Shown here one piece after another: positions 35,512 through 48,673 of a stretch of DNA of 64,000 nucleotides; position 1 is the first letter of the stretch, and each line of letters opens with the position of its first letter. The stretch lies in contig CM120642.1 in assembly GCA_051362555.1 (NCBI GenBank), positions 1,178,001 through 1,242,000 of the forward strand, read 5' to 3'. Under the pieces are notes generated by a model. It worked only from the letters and a program-made list of their open reading frames with translations. It searched no databases and was not told the DNA's origin. The translations under genes and the position numbers were made by a program. Source of the stretch: Lingula anatina. Its lineage: Eukaryota; Animalia; Brachiopoda.

Positions 35512-38500
35512 GTTTATATTTCAACAAAGAAAACGTTTTCCCTCGCTTGGTTCCCCTAAAACAGTCTCGATCTCTCTCGACTTCACCTATCTCTTTCCTG
35601 GGACGTAAGAATGTGAAATTATTGCATATTTGTTAAATTCTGAACACATTTTAACACTGTTAAAATGATAACATGGTTGTTGCTGTAACTTGTGTTGACT
35701 GGTTTTCTCGCGGAGGTTAATATCAGTCAGTATATTCCAGTGTCATCCCAGGCCAGCGTGAGGATCGAGGTTGACACTGGCTCAGTGAGGTACTTCTCCA
35801 GTGCAGTGCCCAAGGAAGGAATAACCATCACGGTGAGTGGGAAACTGCACAGATTTTAACACATCCTCCAAGCTTTTCACCGGCGATATTTTGTATCTTT
35901 CATAGACGATGTCTTCTCTATTAATGTCGGGTAATACCTATATAGGTCGCTTTGTGTAACTGTTACAAACTAGTTTTAATGTGATTCATTGTTTGGTATG
36001 AGGACGGCGGGTTTAGAACATTACGATATCATCTGTTAAAAGAATATCAGTCTTAGTTCAAGGATGGAGGCTTTATAATGGCGATAATGAAAAAACAGTT
36101 TTTGGATACAGGTAATTATACTAAGAATAAAGTACACACAAGGCGTTTTATATAAAAACGAAAGGGCGAAAAACTTCAGTTTGCGAAGTGCTCCTTGTAA
36201 ATACCCCCCCCCCCCCCCCTTTCTTTAACAAGAGCCTATGTTCTGTGGAAAAAAAATGAATACAGTATGTATAATGAATTTATTCGGATTTTGGCAGATT
36301 TTTTAATTGGAACCACTTTAACCCAATCCCTCCCTGAATTTGAGGAATTTTTTCAGTGGCATCCAGTCAACAAGTTTGAGGTAATTCCCACTGGCTTTGA
36401 ATTTCAAGGCATTTTCAGTTTTAGCGCTTCTTTCAATTGTGGCTTCATCGGCTTTTTGCTTTTCCAAAATTTCTTGCTGGACATTACAGCAATGTGCAGA
36501 GAATTAGCCAGAGAAATGTCCATGAATATCTGGTGAATTCACTCTCTGTGAACCTGGTAGCTTCACGGAAAGTTACAGGAGAAGTTAGAGTCTGGAAAAT
36601 GGATGCGAAAAAATATTACTGTAACCAAATTGGAAGGCGGCCAACAGTAACACATGGTAGATTCCAAACTGAGGTGAGCTAGTTCGGAACTGCTTGTCCC
36701 CATTCTCACAAATCACGAGCACGAAGAACGCTCTGTCACAGGGAAGTTCTTCCACATTTAGAGAGATAAATGGTTCATATCACTCCTCGTCCATGACGCG
36801 AAGATTAAACCCGTCTCCAATCTGACGATATAGAAACTTAAATATGGGACAAAACTTGTGCAAACGCTGATAAAACACGTGGGAGAATACGCAGACGAAT
36901 GGCTGCCTTCTTTGCCAAGGACGCAGCTCATGCAGCTGGTCTTTAAAAAAACTGGGTTATTCTTGTCAGCCGCCTACACCTGCGTTCAGAAGTCCTTTGT
37001 CTTTACTTGTCAAACGACAGTCAACATCTGAAGGACAGATAACATATTTTCTTGACTGGGCAACTCCTTTTTACCACACCTACTCTTCTTCCCATCAGAG
37101 AAATCCGATATCTAGTTACCCATTTCATATCTGTTATATACACTTTTGGAAGTTTATCAGTTCAAAAAATAAGTTTGGTGTTAATTTAAGCCACAATCTG
37201 ATCACACATTTCGACAGCTGACAAGTGTTATATGTAAAATCAAACAAGTCAGATTTGATGATCAACTCCTGGGCGATAATGATAAAACTGGTATCTGTTA
37301 TTTAGAATATGACGTCAGTACAGTAAGTCAAGAAACCCATCAATCGTGGGTGACGTAATAGTTTATTTTAGATCTATTTGATCAGACATGCTTCTGAGCA
37401 CGGTGGACATTTTGCGGTGTCAATATTTTCATAATTTTTGTTCTTAAACTCATACAGACTATTAACCAATTCACTTACACTTAAATGTATGAGAACATAT
37501 GGGTAAAAAGAACTAACTTACATTTAACAACATCAAACGTACCAAAATAATTACGATCATGATTTTCAAATTTATTAAAGAATTGCCGTATTCCCTTCAA
37601 CCCCTCAGGTAAGGTCTATTCAGGGCACAGGTGTCCTATATTTCTCCACACAAACCAGGACCCCGGGACCGACCTCCAATGAGGGCAAGGTGGACCTCGC
37701 TAATGGCACGTCCCATCTGGTCTTCATAGACGGGAAGGGAACAGACGAGATCCACGGCGCCCTAGCGGCTGTGGACTCCGGTGTGGATGGCAGCGGTGAT
37801 GGCGCAGACGATAAGGTCATCATTGAATTACAGGCGCAAAATGGCGACCACAGACCAGGTATGACTTTATTAATTGATTAATTGATTGATTTAATTATTC
37901 AATAGAATTAAATTCTATTTTTTTCCTTTTAAGAGCTTGTCCACGAGAGAACCAGCCCAGGGTGGCAAGGTGGGGGTCAGCGGATTTCAACCAAATTTGT
38001 TGTATGGAGGCATATTAGGAAGTTATTCATGAGTTAGGAAGGAATCCCAAAAATATCCTTTCTTCAGAGAATTATAGCCTATTATAAGCCATGGCTTATG
38101 TAGCCTCTTTGAGACTCCATTTTTACCTTGGAAAAATAATGATATATTTTGTGTAAATTAAACAAAAATGGAGAAAACTAAAAAATATTAGACCTTACAA
38201 TCATTGAAAACAATCATTTGGCTTGCCACAGATATATGTAGAATTCAGATAAGACCCTGCTTGGGCGAGCCACACCCATTTATAACACCCCTCCCCCCAA
38301 AGTCCAATTTTGATACTACCATCTTTAATTGCATATATCTCCATCTTCACAGGGTTTACAGCTATAAAACTGCATGAATATTTTAGGCAGATATGGGTCA
38401 TTCCAAATCAAGTTTCAAAAGTTACTGCTGTATTAAAACAGGTACTGAAAAATACCTCCAAAGTTGGCCATTTTTAAGGCAAAAAATCATGGTGGATTCA

Positions 38501-41500
38501 TTCAAGTCTATGTAGACGATAGGTTTGATTAATTTATTAAACCATTTTGCTCTACAATGATGTTACTAAATTAATAGGGCTGGTGAACATGGAAAGTGGG
38601 TGTGTACTAATGAATATCAGGTCAGTAGGTCAAGGTCACTGGGCTTCATATTTGTAAATTGCCATATATGGACTTCTTAATTTATATGGACAAAAAATTA
38701 AGAGGAAATAAATCATAGATTCTGTTACTTTGGATAGGCACTGGCAATTAACTTGAGAGTTTACAAGATAATTTTAATATATATATATATTTTTTAATAT
38801 CATCAATTTGGTGAATACAAATTAAAATCTTAGTTTAGTAGCGATTTCTTTTTGGTGCAATATTTATCATATAGAGATCAGGATATGCCATAGTATTTAT
38901 GATAGCAAAGCCAGAACAAATCTTTTTCAATTATCAAGAGTTTTTTTTTAATCATCCACACCACTTTTTGGTGACTATTTATGAGCATACAGTAACTAAA
39001 AAATTATTCAATTTAGTTTATTGTTGTCTCAGATGAATAATTACAAATAATAAAAAAATCACAAAATTATAATATAGCAATACATGCAAAGCAGTGCAAC
39101 ATTAGTTGTGATCATTACAAACTATATCATAATGTAGCAAAACAAGATAATTTTCTATTCAAAAAGCAAAACTAACACAACCGCAAAATATATCCTGGTG
39201 TTATGAAACATCTTTGCAGTTTTGTATCAAACATTACAGCTCATAACATCAAAGTTTTTAATACACTCAAAAATAACTGCCGATTTTTTCTTCCTGAATA
39301 GTCTGTAACCCTCCTTACTGACATTTCAATCTCATCTTCATGCTCACAAATGCTAGGTTCTGCTGGCCTGTTTCTTGTGCCCTTCTAAACTCCTTCAGTA
39401 AAAACTCCTTTACTTTATTTGAATATAGTTTCAAAGGTTTAGAGGACTTTAAAGCTCATCCATTGTGTAACTCAGTGAGATATTCAAGAGGGTGGAGTTC
39501 TCTCACAGCTGATGTGCTTTAAGTTTTTCTTTAGTCAGATTGTTGGCCCACTAGACTTTAATTTGATCAAAAGCTGTTTTTTTTTGGCACATTTCATAAC
39601 TGTGGTCTAAAAAAGGACCTTACAAATACTCTTCAGTCTTAGTAGCAAAAGATTTCAGAGAAAACTTCTCTGGACAAGAAAAAATTTCCCTGTTTGTGAT
39701 CTTGCTTGGTATAGTCCCAGTTGGCATATTTGCCTCAGAAAAACCCAAATTAACTTTAACATCAGTATCACTCATGTTAAAACTGCTCAAGGAAGGAAGA
39801 CACCTTTTCTCATGTTGTAGGAATCAAGAAAGCTAAATTGTTGTAATTGGACACTCCAGTCCACGCAGGTTTGGAAGATGTCTGTCTAGCTGGATGTAGA
39901 AAATGGCTCCAACTGCAGAAACTAGGGCCTCATGCATCTCCTCAGCATTTGTTATATTGTGGCTTTCATTTACATACATGCCTTTTTACAACAGCCATCA
40001 TTTCCACACTAGTTTCAGTTTCTGCAAGACTTTGGACTCTTTTGCTGACCATAAGATCACTGTGTGTCAAATAACACTTCTCAAATATGCCTGAAATATA
40101 AATATAGCTTACTATAGACACATGAAAACACTTATCTGAAAGTTAATTGATACATTGATGAAAAATAAATTATTATCCCATTTGTCCATGTTTTATAAGT
40201 AAGGCATGGTTTCGAATATTAATTATGATGAGCCTAGCAATTTTGCCAAGACCAGCCCTAGCTTCAATCTAATTCCAATTGTTACCCTTAAATTTATTTT
40301 ACCCAAGTACCATTAAACCTACATAAATACCCACACAAATATAGCTTAAAAGATAAAATTATCACAGGTCCTTAGGCTGCAATTTCATTATTTGAAAGGG
40401 GGCATTTTTCTTTTTAAAAAAATGGAGCGTTTACCATTAAAAAATTACACCTAGATCCTTTTTTCTGAGTGAACTTTTTTTCTGGATTTTAGCCTGTATT
40501 AAAATACAAACAAACCCGTTTCTTACCTGAACCAAGTGGCATCAGTATATTCAAATGGCTTTTTGTCTACACTGACATCTGCAAGTTAATCCCATGACAT
40601 ATTTCGTTATACTACTTATAGGCTCGTTTTCCCGTGTGGATGGTTTCCAGCACAAACCAAGCCCATATCCCAGTGCTGGTCACATGGTGTAACCCATTTA
40701 TTCTCCCAAAGATACTTGAAAAAGTCCAATTGCTGTCATCGGATACAAAAGAATTCACACCTGACAAGAATCAGTGTGCTTTCGTAACTCACGCTGTTTT
40801 GCTTCACGTAAACGCGACGAAGATGACTGTTAATATCTCTGTTGCAATTTTTCAATAGACTACATGTTTTTTTATATCTGTAGACAGAGTATAAACCACA
40901 TGATATACGACTTCGTTGAGGAAGATTTGTAAACAAACAGTCAGGGGTAATCCTAGAGAGGGGTAAGAAACGTCCATTGTTCTCGTCAGTGAGGCTAACC
41001 GAATTCAGGGTATGTACGCACAGACAGAAAACCATGTATTGTGGGAACGTTACTAATGAAGCCACTGGTAGTACCAGTAGATATCAGTCTGTAGTCTAGA
41101 ACAAGCACCTCGTTGACGAGTGAACAGTTGTCAAAAACAAAAGACCCAGGTGTGGTAGTTCGACTACTGTTCGTGCGTGCCGCAAAGACCAAGCCTAATA
41201 GCCCCTCAAGGTCACAAACTAATATCCGGTGCTGAAGGTTAGGCTCGTCATAATCATATAAGTAGCGCGTTTCTACCCCCTGAAACAGTCTGCGATTTCC
41301 GCCATGTTGGATAATGACGCTGTGTTGTTCTGACGTTAGTACATTAGTTTCACATGGTTTTAAAATGTGTTAGATGCTTGTTTTAACCAGAAAAAAATTA
41401 GAATAGGTAAAATGAAAATAAAAAGTGCAACTAACAGTGTTTTAAACCATTCGTTGACTTGAAAGAGATGGCTGAAGTTCAGTGCACCGATATACGTGTT

Positions 41501-44500
41501 CGGATATATTTACGAAAAATGAAGAAATTAGGTCATGTTCTATCTGTTACAACGGACAAGTTGTAGAACAGCAGTAAGTTTAGATTTCATGTATAAATAG
41601 ATTAATGAGTTATCTGTTAGTCCTGAACACGCTTTACCCCAAAGACCTGTGAAGATGAAGATATTGTCAAAAATAGAAGGGGGGTGTTCAAAGCATGTGG
41701 TTTGTAGGCCTGAGAAAAACGCTTGGTTTGTTACCATGGAAACAAAGAGAGTGGAAAAAGTGTACATCATTTTAATCCCCTATCTTTAGGTTATAATATA
41801 TCACCAAACTAAATCATTTGGTGACACCTGTATAAACTTTAAGGCCAATCAATAAAACCCTGTTTTTCAGAAGAATTTTTGGTTGATAAACCCCCCCAAA
41901 TTGTCACTGGCCATATCTCTGTAAGTAGGGATTTTTTTCAGGAAATATTGCAGCCTCAGATATTGTTCATATAAAGGTTCAAACACACCAAATATGATGT
42001 AAATCCGTTCACCCCCACCTTGCCGCATTTTCTACATTTGGTTTGGTTTTCTCGTGGACACACACTTAAGTAATCTTTTATTTTTGAATCTAGAGGAATA
42101 TTGAACATTTATATGAAGATATTTTGACATGTATCTCGTGTACAGATTTGCCCATAACAATTATTCAGTTGATGTGTAGTCACTTCTTATATAGATCTGT
42201 GTGCAAGCGGTCCCTGTCAAAATGGCGCCACGTGTCAAAATGGCGGTAACGCCTATAGCTGCACGTGCCCCGCGGGATTCCAGGGAATAAACTGTGAAAT
42301 TGGTAAGTCACGTAAACAGATGCCACTGGAATATATTTTTCTTGATAAATTTCTATTTCTGAAATAATACTGCATTGTTTTTTTTATTCGGAGAAATCGA
42401 AAATCCTCCCCCATCACTGTCAAGTGTTTAAAAAGCTTATTTTAACCTGTGGAAATTTATGAAAAATATTGACATCGAAGGAATCTTTTCTTTCTTTTGC
42501 ACACATATCTAAATCAAATTATTTACAAAAAATAATTTTGCATTGGCACAAGGTTATGAACTCTTAAAAATGACATCAATTGAAAAGTGACTAGTGACTT
42601 TTGTTTCTAGACATAAATGAATGTGACAGTTATCCTTGCCAAAATGGCGGGACGTGCCGAGACAGTGTCAATGACTACAGTTGTACCTGTCATCCAGGGT
42701 TCAAAGGGAAAAGTTGCGAGATCAGTAAGTGAAGCCATTGATCTCAGGAAACTGAAGCTAGGTTTTTTTTAGACTGAGCTTAATCTTTAAAAATACTCGG
42801 TGATAATAAATGCTTTCTTTTCGGACATTTTTCGTACACAAAAGTGAAAGAAATAACCATTTCTAATGATCATCAAGCGGGAAAAAAAATTCATGGCTTA
42901 TACCTGCAAAATTTGCATCCGACTTGCCGACTAAATTTTCCAATTGTTTTTTTTTTTTTTTTTAGTCGTTTACAGAAAAGCTTAATTGTGACAAAATATA
43001 GTATATTGAAAATTTTGCCTCTCAGAAATGACCATAAAATTAATAATGTACATTTTTCTTTTTAGACATTGATGAATGTGACAGCGCACCATGTCAAAAT
43101 GGAGGAAAGTGTCAAGATGACATCAACGGCTACAGTTGCATGTGTCCAGGCGGGTTCCAGGGGAAAAACTGCGAAATTGGTAGGTACAGAATTGACTTTG
43201 ACAATATTGGAGATCTTTTCTCTTTCAAATTCAATGTTTGCAGGTACAGTGGCAAAGTATCGATGAAGATTCATTAATTTGGACAAGGAAAGTTAACAAA
43301 TTGAAAATATCACATCCCAAGGTGGAGACAAAAATGATCTCATCGATCGTCGACCATGAGATTGCTTTAGCTGAGATCAGAATTTTCGATTTTGCTGTAC
43401 ACCGTGTGTCTTCAGGTCACCAAGCTCTACAGTTTTCTATACCTCAGCGGTGTGCTTGATCTAAATTTTAATAAGGCTCCGGGGTGGGTGGGTGTGTGTG
43501 TGTGTGGGGGGGGGGGGGGGTTAAGGGTGACTCTATTATATTACCATACTGTCAATGTCTCAAACTGGTGAACAACAGAAAACTGTTGAGCTCGATATGA
43601 AAAGAATTTTGTTCACATAGCAAGACTATAGACCTGTCTGCTCCAGCTTAGAGTTGGTAAAGAAAGTTTGTCAAATTATCATTATTTGTTGCATTTTACA
43701 TTGAATACTCTTCGTATTGCCCAGCAAACTGCTGCACCTGTTTTTTTCTTTATTTGTTCATTTTTTGTTCATACATGTACACTGGACTGATGTGACCTAT
43801 CAATAAATATGTGTATTTCAATGATATTTTACGTAATGTTTACATGAGCTGCCATGATAGAATTCTAATATAGACAATAAATGTAGTTTGTCAAAATTCT
43901 CCGTTTGTATTTTTTTCAGCCCCCACTTTCAAGAACCCATGTCAGTCATCTCAGTTCCAGGCCGGGCACCTGTTCTTTAAGCATCCTAGTGACAGGTCCA
44001 AATACGTCCAATGTGACCTATGGGGGAACATGTACATCGGGAGCTGCCCGGGTAACCTTCTGTGGAGTGAAGTCATAGACGCCTGCGTCCATCCTACACA
44101 TCACGCCAACTTACTGGGAGGGCGCGGCAAGAGGCTGGCGGTCTTGTTCAATCCGTGTGCTATCAAGGCCAACATTGATGCCGGTCGCCTGTACCACCCC
44201 TATCCCGGTGACAAAGCCAAGTACATACAGTGTGATAAGGTCGGTAATATGTTCATCAAGGACTGCGCCCCAGGGTCGTGGTGGAACCAACAAAATGAGA
44301 CCTGCGGTGATCACGCCAAGCCAGGACCAAAACCGTTCAATATCAAAACTACCACCCTTCCCCCAACCACCACCACTACGACCACCCCAAAACCACCCAA
44401 AAACCCCTGCACGCAAAAGAATATAGCAAACGGGGCTCTGTACCACCCATACCCCGGAGACAAGACCAAATACATCCAATGCGACCTCTGGGGAAGCATG

Positions 44501-47500
44501 TATGTGAAGCAGTGCGGTGCCGGTACTTGGTGGAATCAGAAAAATGAAACCTGTGTTGACGCCATCGCCGAGGCCCTGATCAAATACGGTGTTTTCAAGC
44601 CTGCTGTTCGTCTGGCATCCACTCCAACCCAGGCACCTTCAACCGTAAAGCCCATAAAGAACCCATGTACCCCAGAGAACCTGAGACAAGGCCTCTTCTA
44701 CTTCGCGTATCCCGGTGACAAGACCAAGTTCATACAGTGTGACACGTGGGGGGTGATGACAGTGAGGACGTGTAGCGTTGGCACCGCATGGAACCAGAAG
44801 AATCAGACCTGTGCCGACGCTTTCGACGGGAAAGTGGTGAAACCTTTTGCTGCAGTGACCCAGCCCCCAACGCCAGCCCCAACAACCACACAGGCACCCA
44901 CTACGAAGCCAGCAACCCAGCCTCCCATCTCTAACCCCTGTACCCCGCAGAACATCGCACTAAACAAACTGTTCTTCCCACATCCCTACGATAACACCAA
45001 GTACCTCCAGTGTGATCTGTGGGGGAACGTGTGGGAACAGAGCTGCCAACCGGGGATGGTCTGGGACCAAAGGTACGAGACCTGCGTTCCATCACCTGGC
45101 GGGCCAGTTGTGTTTAAAGTGACCCCTAGCACCGCGGCACCGACAACAACAACAACAACCACTACAACCACCACAACCACACCAAAGCCCACCACAACCA
45201 CTACTACCACTACTCAAGCCCCAACCAACAAACCAGTCAAGAACCCCTGCACCGTACAGAACATTAATGCTGGTCGTATATACCACCCGTACCCCGGAGA
45301 CAAGACCCGCTACATCCAATGTGACCTGTGGGGAAGCATGTACGTGAAGCAATGCGGTGCTGGCACTTGGTGGAATCAGAAGAACGAAACCTGCGTCGAC
45401 GCCATCGCCGAGGCTGTAATCAACGGTATTGTCAAGCCCGCTGTGCGTGCAGTATCCATTACAAACCCCTGCACTCCAGACAACATTGCCAATAACATTT
45501 TCTACTTCCCATACCCCGGCGATAAAACTAAATACATACAGTGCGATAAATGGGGCAATATGTATGTCCAGAGCTGTCCGGCAGGATTGTGGTGGTTTCA
45601 AAAGAATGAAACCTGCGTCAGAGCTTTGCCTATGCCTGCTGTCATGAGAGTGTCCACCACCACCACCACAACCCCTGCACCACTGGTGAACCCTTGCACG
45701 CCGCAGAACATCGTACTGGGCAAACTGTTCTTCCCACACCCCTATGATAACACCAAGTACCTCCAGTGTGATCTGTGGGGGAACGTGTTTGTACAGAGCT
45801 GCAAATCGGGGATGATCTGGGACCAGAGGGCTGATACATGCATTCCATCATCTGCCGTTCCAGTTGTGTTTAAAGTGACCCCAAGCACCGCGGCACCGAC
45901 TACAACAACAACCACTACAACCACCACAACCACACCAAAGCCCACCACAACCACTACTACCACTACCCAAGCCCCAACCAACACACCAGTCAAGAACCCC
46001 TGCACCGTACAGAACATTAATGCTGGTCGTATATACCACCCATACCCCGGAGACAAGACCCGCTACATCCAATGTGACCTGTGGGGAAGCATGTACGTGA
46101 AGCAATGCGGTGCTGGCACTTGGTGGAACCAGAAGAACGAAACCTGCGTCGACGCCATTGCCGAGGCTGTAATCAACGGTATTGCTAAGCCTGCTGCACG
46201 TGCAGCATCTATTACAAACCCCTGCACTCCAAACAACATCGCCAATAACATTTTCTACTTCCCATATCCCGGCGATAAAACTAGATACATACAGTGCGAT
46301 AAATGGGGCAATATGTATGTCCAGAGCTGTCCGGCAGGATTGTGGTGGTTCCAAAAGAATGAAACCTGCGTCAGAGCTTTGCCTATGCCTGCTGTCATGA
46401 GAGTGTCCACCACCACCACCACAACCCCTGCACCACTGGTGAACCCTTGCACGCCGCAGAACATCGCACTGAACAAACTGTTCTTCCCACACCCCTACGA
46501 TAACACCAAGTACCTCCAGTGTGATCTGTGGGGGAATGTGTGGGAACAGAGCTGCCAACCGGGGATGGTTTGGGACCAGAGGGTTGATACATGCGTTCCA
46601 TCATTTGCCGGGCCAGTTGTGTTTAAAGTAACCCCAAGCACCGCGGCACCGACAACAACAACAACAACAACTACAACCACCACAACCACTCCAAAACCCA
46701 CCACCACCACTTCTACCACTACCCAAGCCCCAACCAACAAACCAGTCAAGAACCCCTGCACCGTAGAGAATATTAATGCAGGTCGTATATATCACCCATA
46801 CCCAGGAGATAAGACCCGATACATCCAGTGTGACCTCTGGGGAAGCATGTACGTTAAGCAATGCGGTGCCGGTACTTGGTGGAACCAGAAGAACGAAACC
46901 TGCGTCGACGCCATCGCCGAGGCTGTAATCAACGGTATTGTCAAGCCCGCTGTGCGTGCAGTATCCATTACAAACCCCTGCACTCCAGACAACATTGCCA
47001 ATAACATTTTATACTTCCCATACCCCGGGGATAAAACTAAATACATACAGTGCGATAAGTGGGGCAATATGTTTATAAAGAGTTGTCCGGCGGGACTGTG
47101 GTGGTCCCAGAAGAATGAAACCTGCGTCACCTCTGTTCCTACGCCTGCTGGCATGAGAGTGTCTACCACGACCCCTGCACCACTGGTGAACCCGTGTACC
47201 CCGCAGAACATCGCACTGAACAAACTGTTCTTCCCACACCCCTACGATAACACCAAGTACCTCCAGTGTGATCTGTGGGGGAATGTGTGGGAACAGAGCT
47301 GCAAATCGGGGATGATCTGGGACCAGAGGGTTGAGACCTGCGTTCCATCCCGTGGTCGCAGGGCGGCAATTTTTAGCCATCCTTGCACTCCTGAAAACAT
47401 CAAGGCAGGCAAGATGTTCTTTGCCTATCCCGCTAACAAGTACAAGTATATCCAGTGTTCCATTTGGGGCGGACAGTTCCTAATGTCTTGCGGTGCAGGC

Positions 47501-48673
47501 ACGTGGTGGAACCAGCTGGGACAGACATGTGTTGATGCCGCCTCTGAGGCCCTCATCATCGCCAGCCATGGAAAACCAGCTTCGTGGGGCAGGACAACAC
47601 CAGCACCGGGCACAACCAACAAACCCATCGTCAACCCATGCACCCCTGCAAATTTGGCGTTGAAGAACATCCTATTTGCACACCCATGGGATGCAACCAA
47701 GTACCTGCAGTGCGACCCACAGGGTATTATGTACATTATGAATTGCCCCAGGGGTACGTTCTGGAATCAGAAATACGTTCAGTGCTCGTCCAGCATTGGA
47801 GACCTGGTGGGGAAATCTACGCCTCCACCAAAGACAAATCCACCCTCCACGGCCCCACCAACCACTACACAACCACCAACCACCCAGCCACCAACCACTA
47901 CTCAACCACCTACAACAACCCAACCACCTACAACCACCCAGCCACCGACCACCACTACTACCACCCAGCCACCAACCACCACTGAAAATGTAACAACTGT
48001 GCCAATTACTACGATGCCTCCATCAACCACCGGACTCCCCATCCCCAATCCTTGCACTCCAGAGAAAATAGCGGCCGGGATACTGGTTTTCCCGTACAAA
48101 CCAGACAAATCCAAGTACCTCCAGTGTGACCTATGGGGCAAGGTGTATTTGGTGGAGTGTCCCAAGGGAACTCAGTGGAACCAAACAGCGGAGCAGTGTT
48201 CCGGCGGCGCCATCACCCGTAAAACCTTCGGTAGTGGTCTGAGGACCACGTTGGACAACCCGTGTACCCCTGAAAACATCAACGCCGGCAAGTACTACTT
48301 CCCCTACCCGGGTGACAAGACTAAGTACATCCAGTGTGACCTCTGGGGAAATATGTACATCCGGAACTGCTCCGAGGGGACCGTGTGGAACCAGAAGAAC
48401 GAAACATGCGTCCAGGTTGACCCAGATCAGCCAGGAGCCAGTGTTAAAACAGACAAGGTGAAGCTCATCCCGCTGGCACTTAATAACCCCTGCACTCCAG
48501 GCAGCGTCAAGTCCGGGCACGTGTTTTACGCCCATCCTGATCCCAAGATGTACATCCAGTGTGATCGTCTGGGAAACCCCTTGCTTCATCAATGCCACAG
48601 TGGCATGAAGTGGGACGACACACAGAAGCGTTGTGTTAGTACCAAAAGTGTGGTCTTCATCAGCGGGGCGTAA
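35088..48673 (+). CDS. Secreted EGF plus multi chitin-binding type-2 (CBM14/peritrophin-A-like) mucin-like protein, about 1825 aa
   Basis: Exons 35088-35133 (signal peptide [15 protein letters not shown]), 35741-35832, 37609-37858, three phase-1 EGF exons 42195-42302, 42611-42724 and 43066-43179 ([14 protein letters not shown]..., [16 protein letters not shown]..., [16 protein letters not shown]...), and 43920-48673. Total 5478 nt, open frame. There are 19 repeats of the form NPC[22 protein letters not shown] with Thr/Pro linkers. Confidence 0.9.
37933..42065 (-). mobile_element. 4.1-kb decayed DNA transposon with imperfect TIRs and TTAA TSD (Sola3-like)
   Basis: TTAA|GAGCTTGTCCACGAGAGAACC...ggcaaggtgggggtcagcggattt at the left end; aaatccgttcacccccaccttgcc...GGTTTTCTCGTGGACACACAC|TTAA at the right end. 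Broken minus-strand frames include [25 protein letters not shown] (about 39900-40000) and a Cys-rich segment ending MPLGS|gtaaga (about 40525-41000). The superfamily is inferred from the GAG terminus, TTAA TSD and a remembered motif. Confidence 0.75.
44933..47345 (+). repeat. Coding higher-order tandem repeat, period about 750 bp (three-domain unit x3 plus one extra domain)
   Basis: NPCTPQNI-type domains start at about 44933, 45689, 46442 and 47189; the first three are each followed by NPCTV(Q/E)NINAG and NPCTP(D/N)NIANN domains, with near-identical DNA. Confidence 0.9.
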
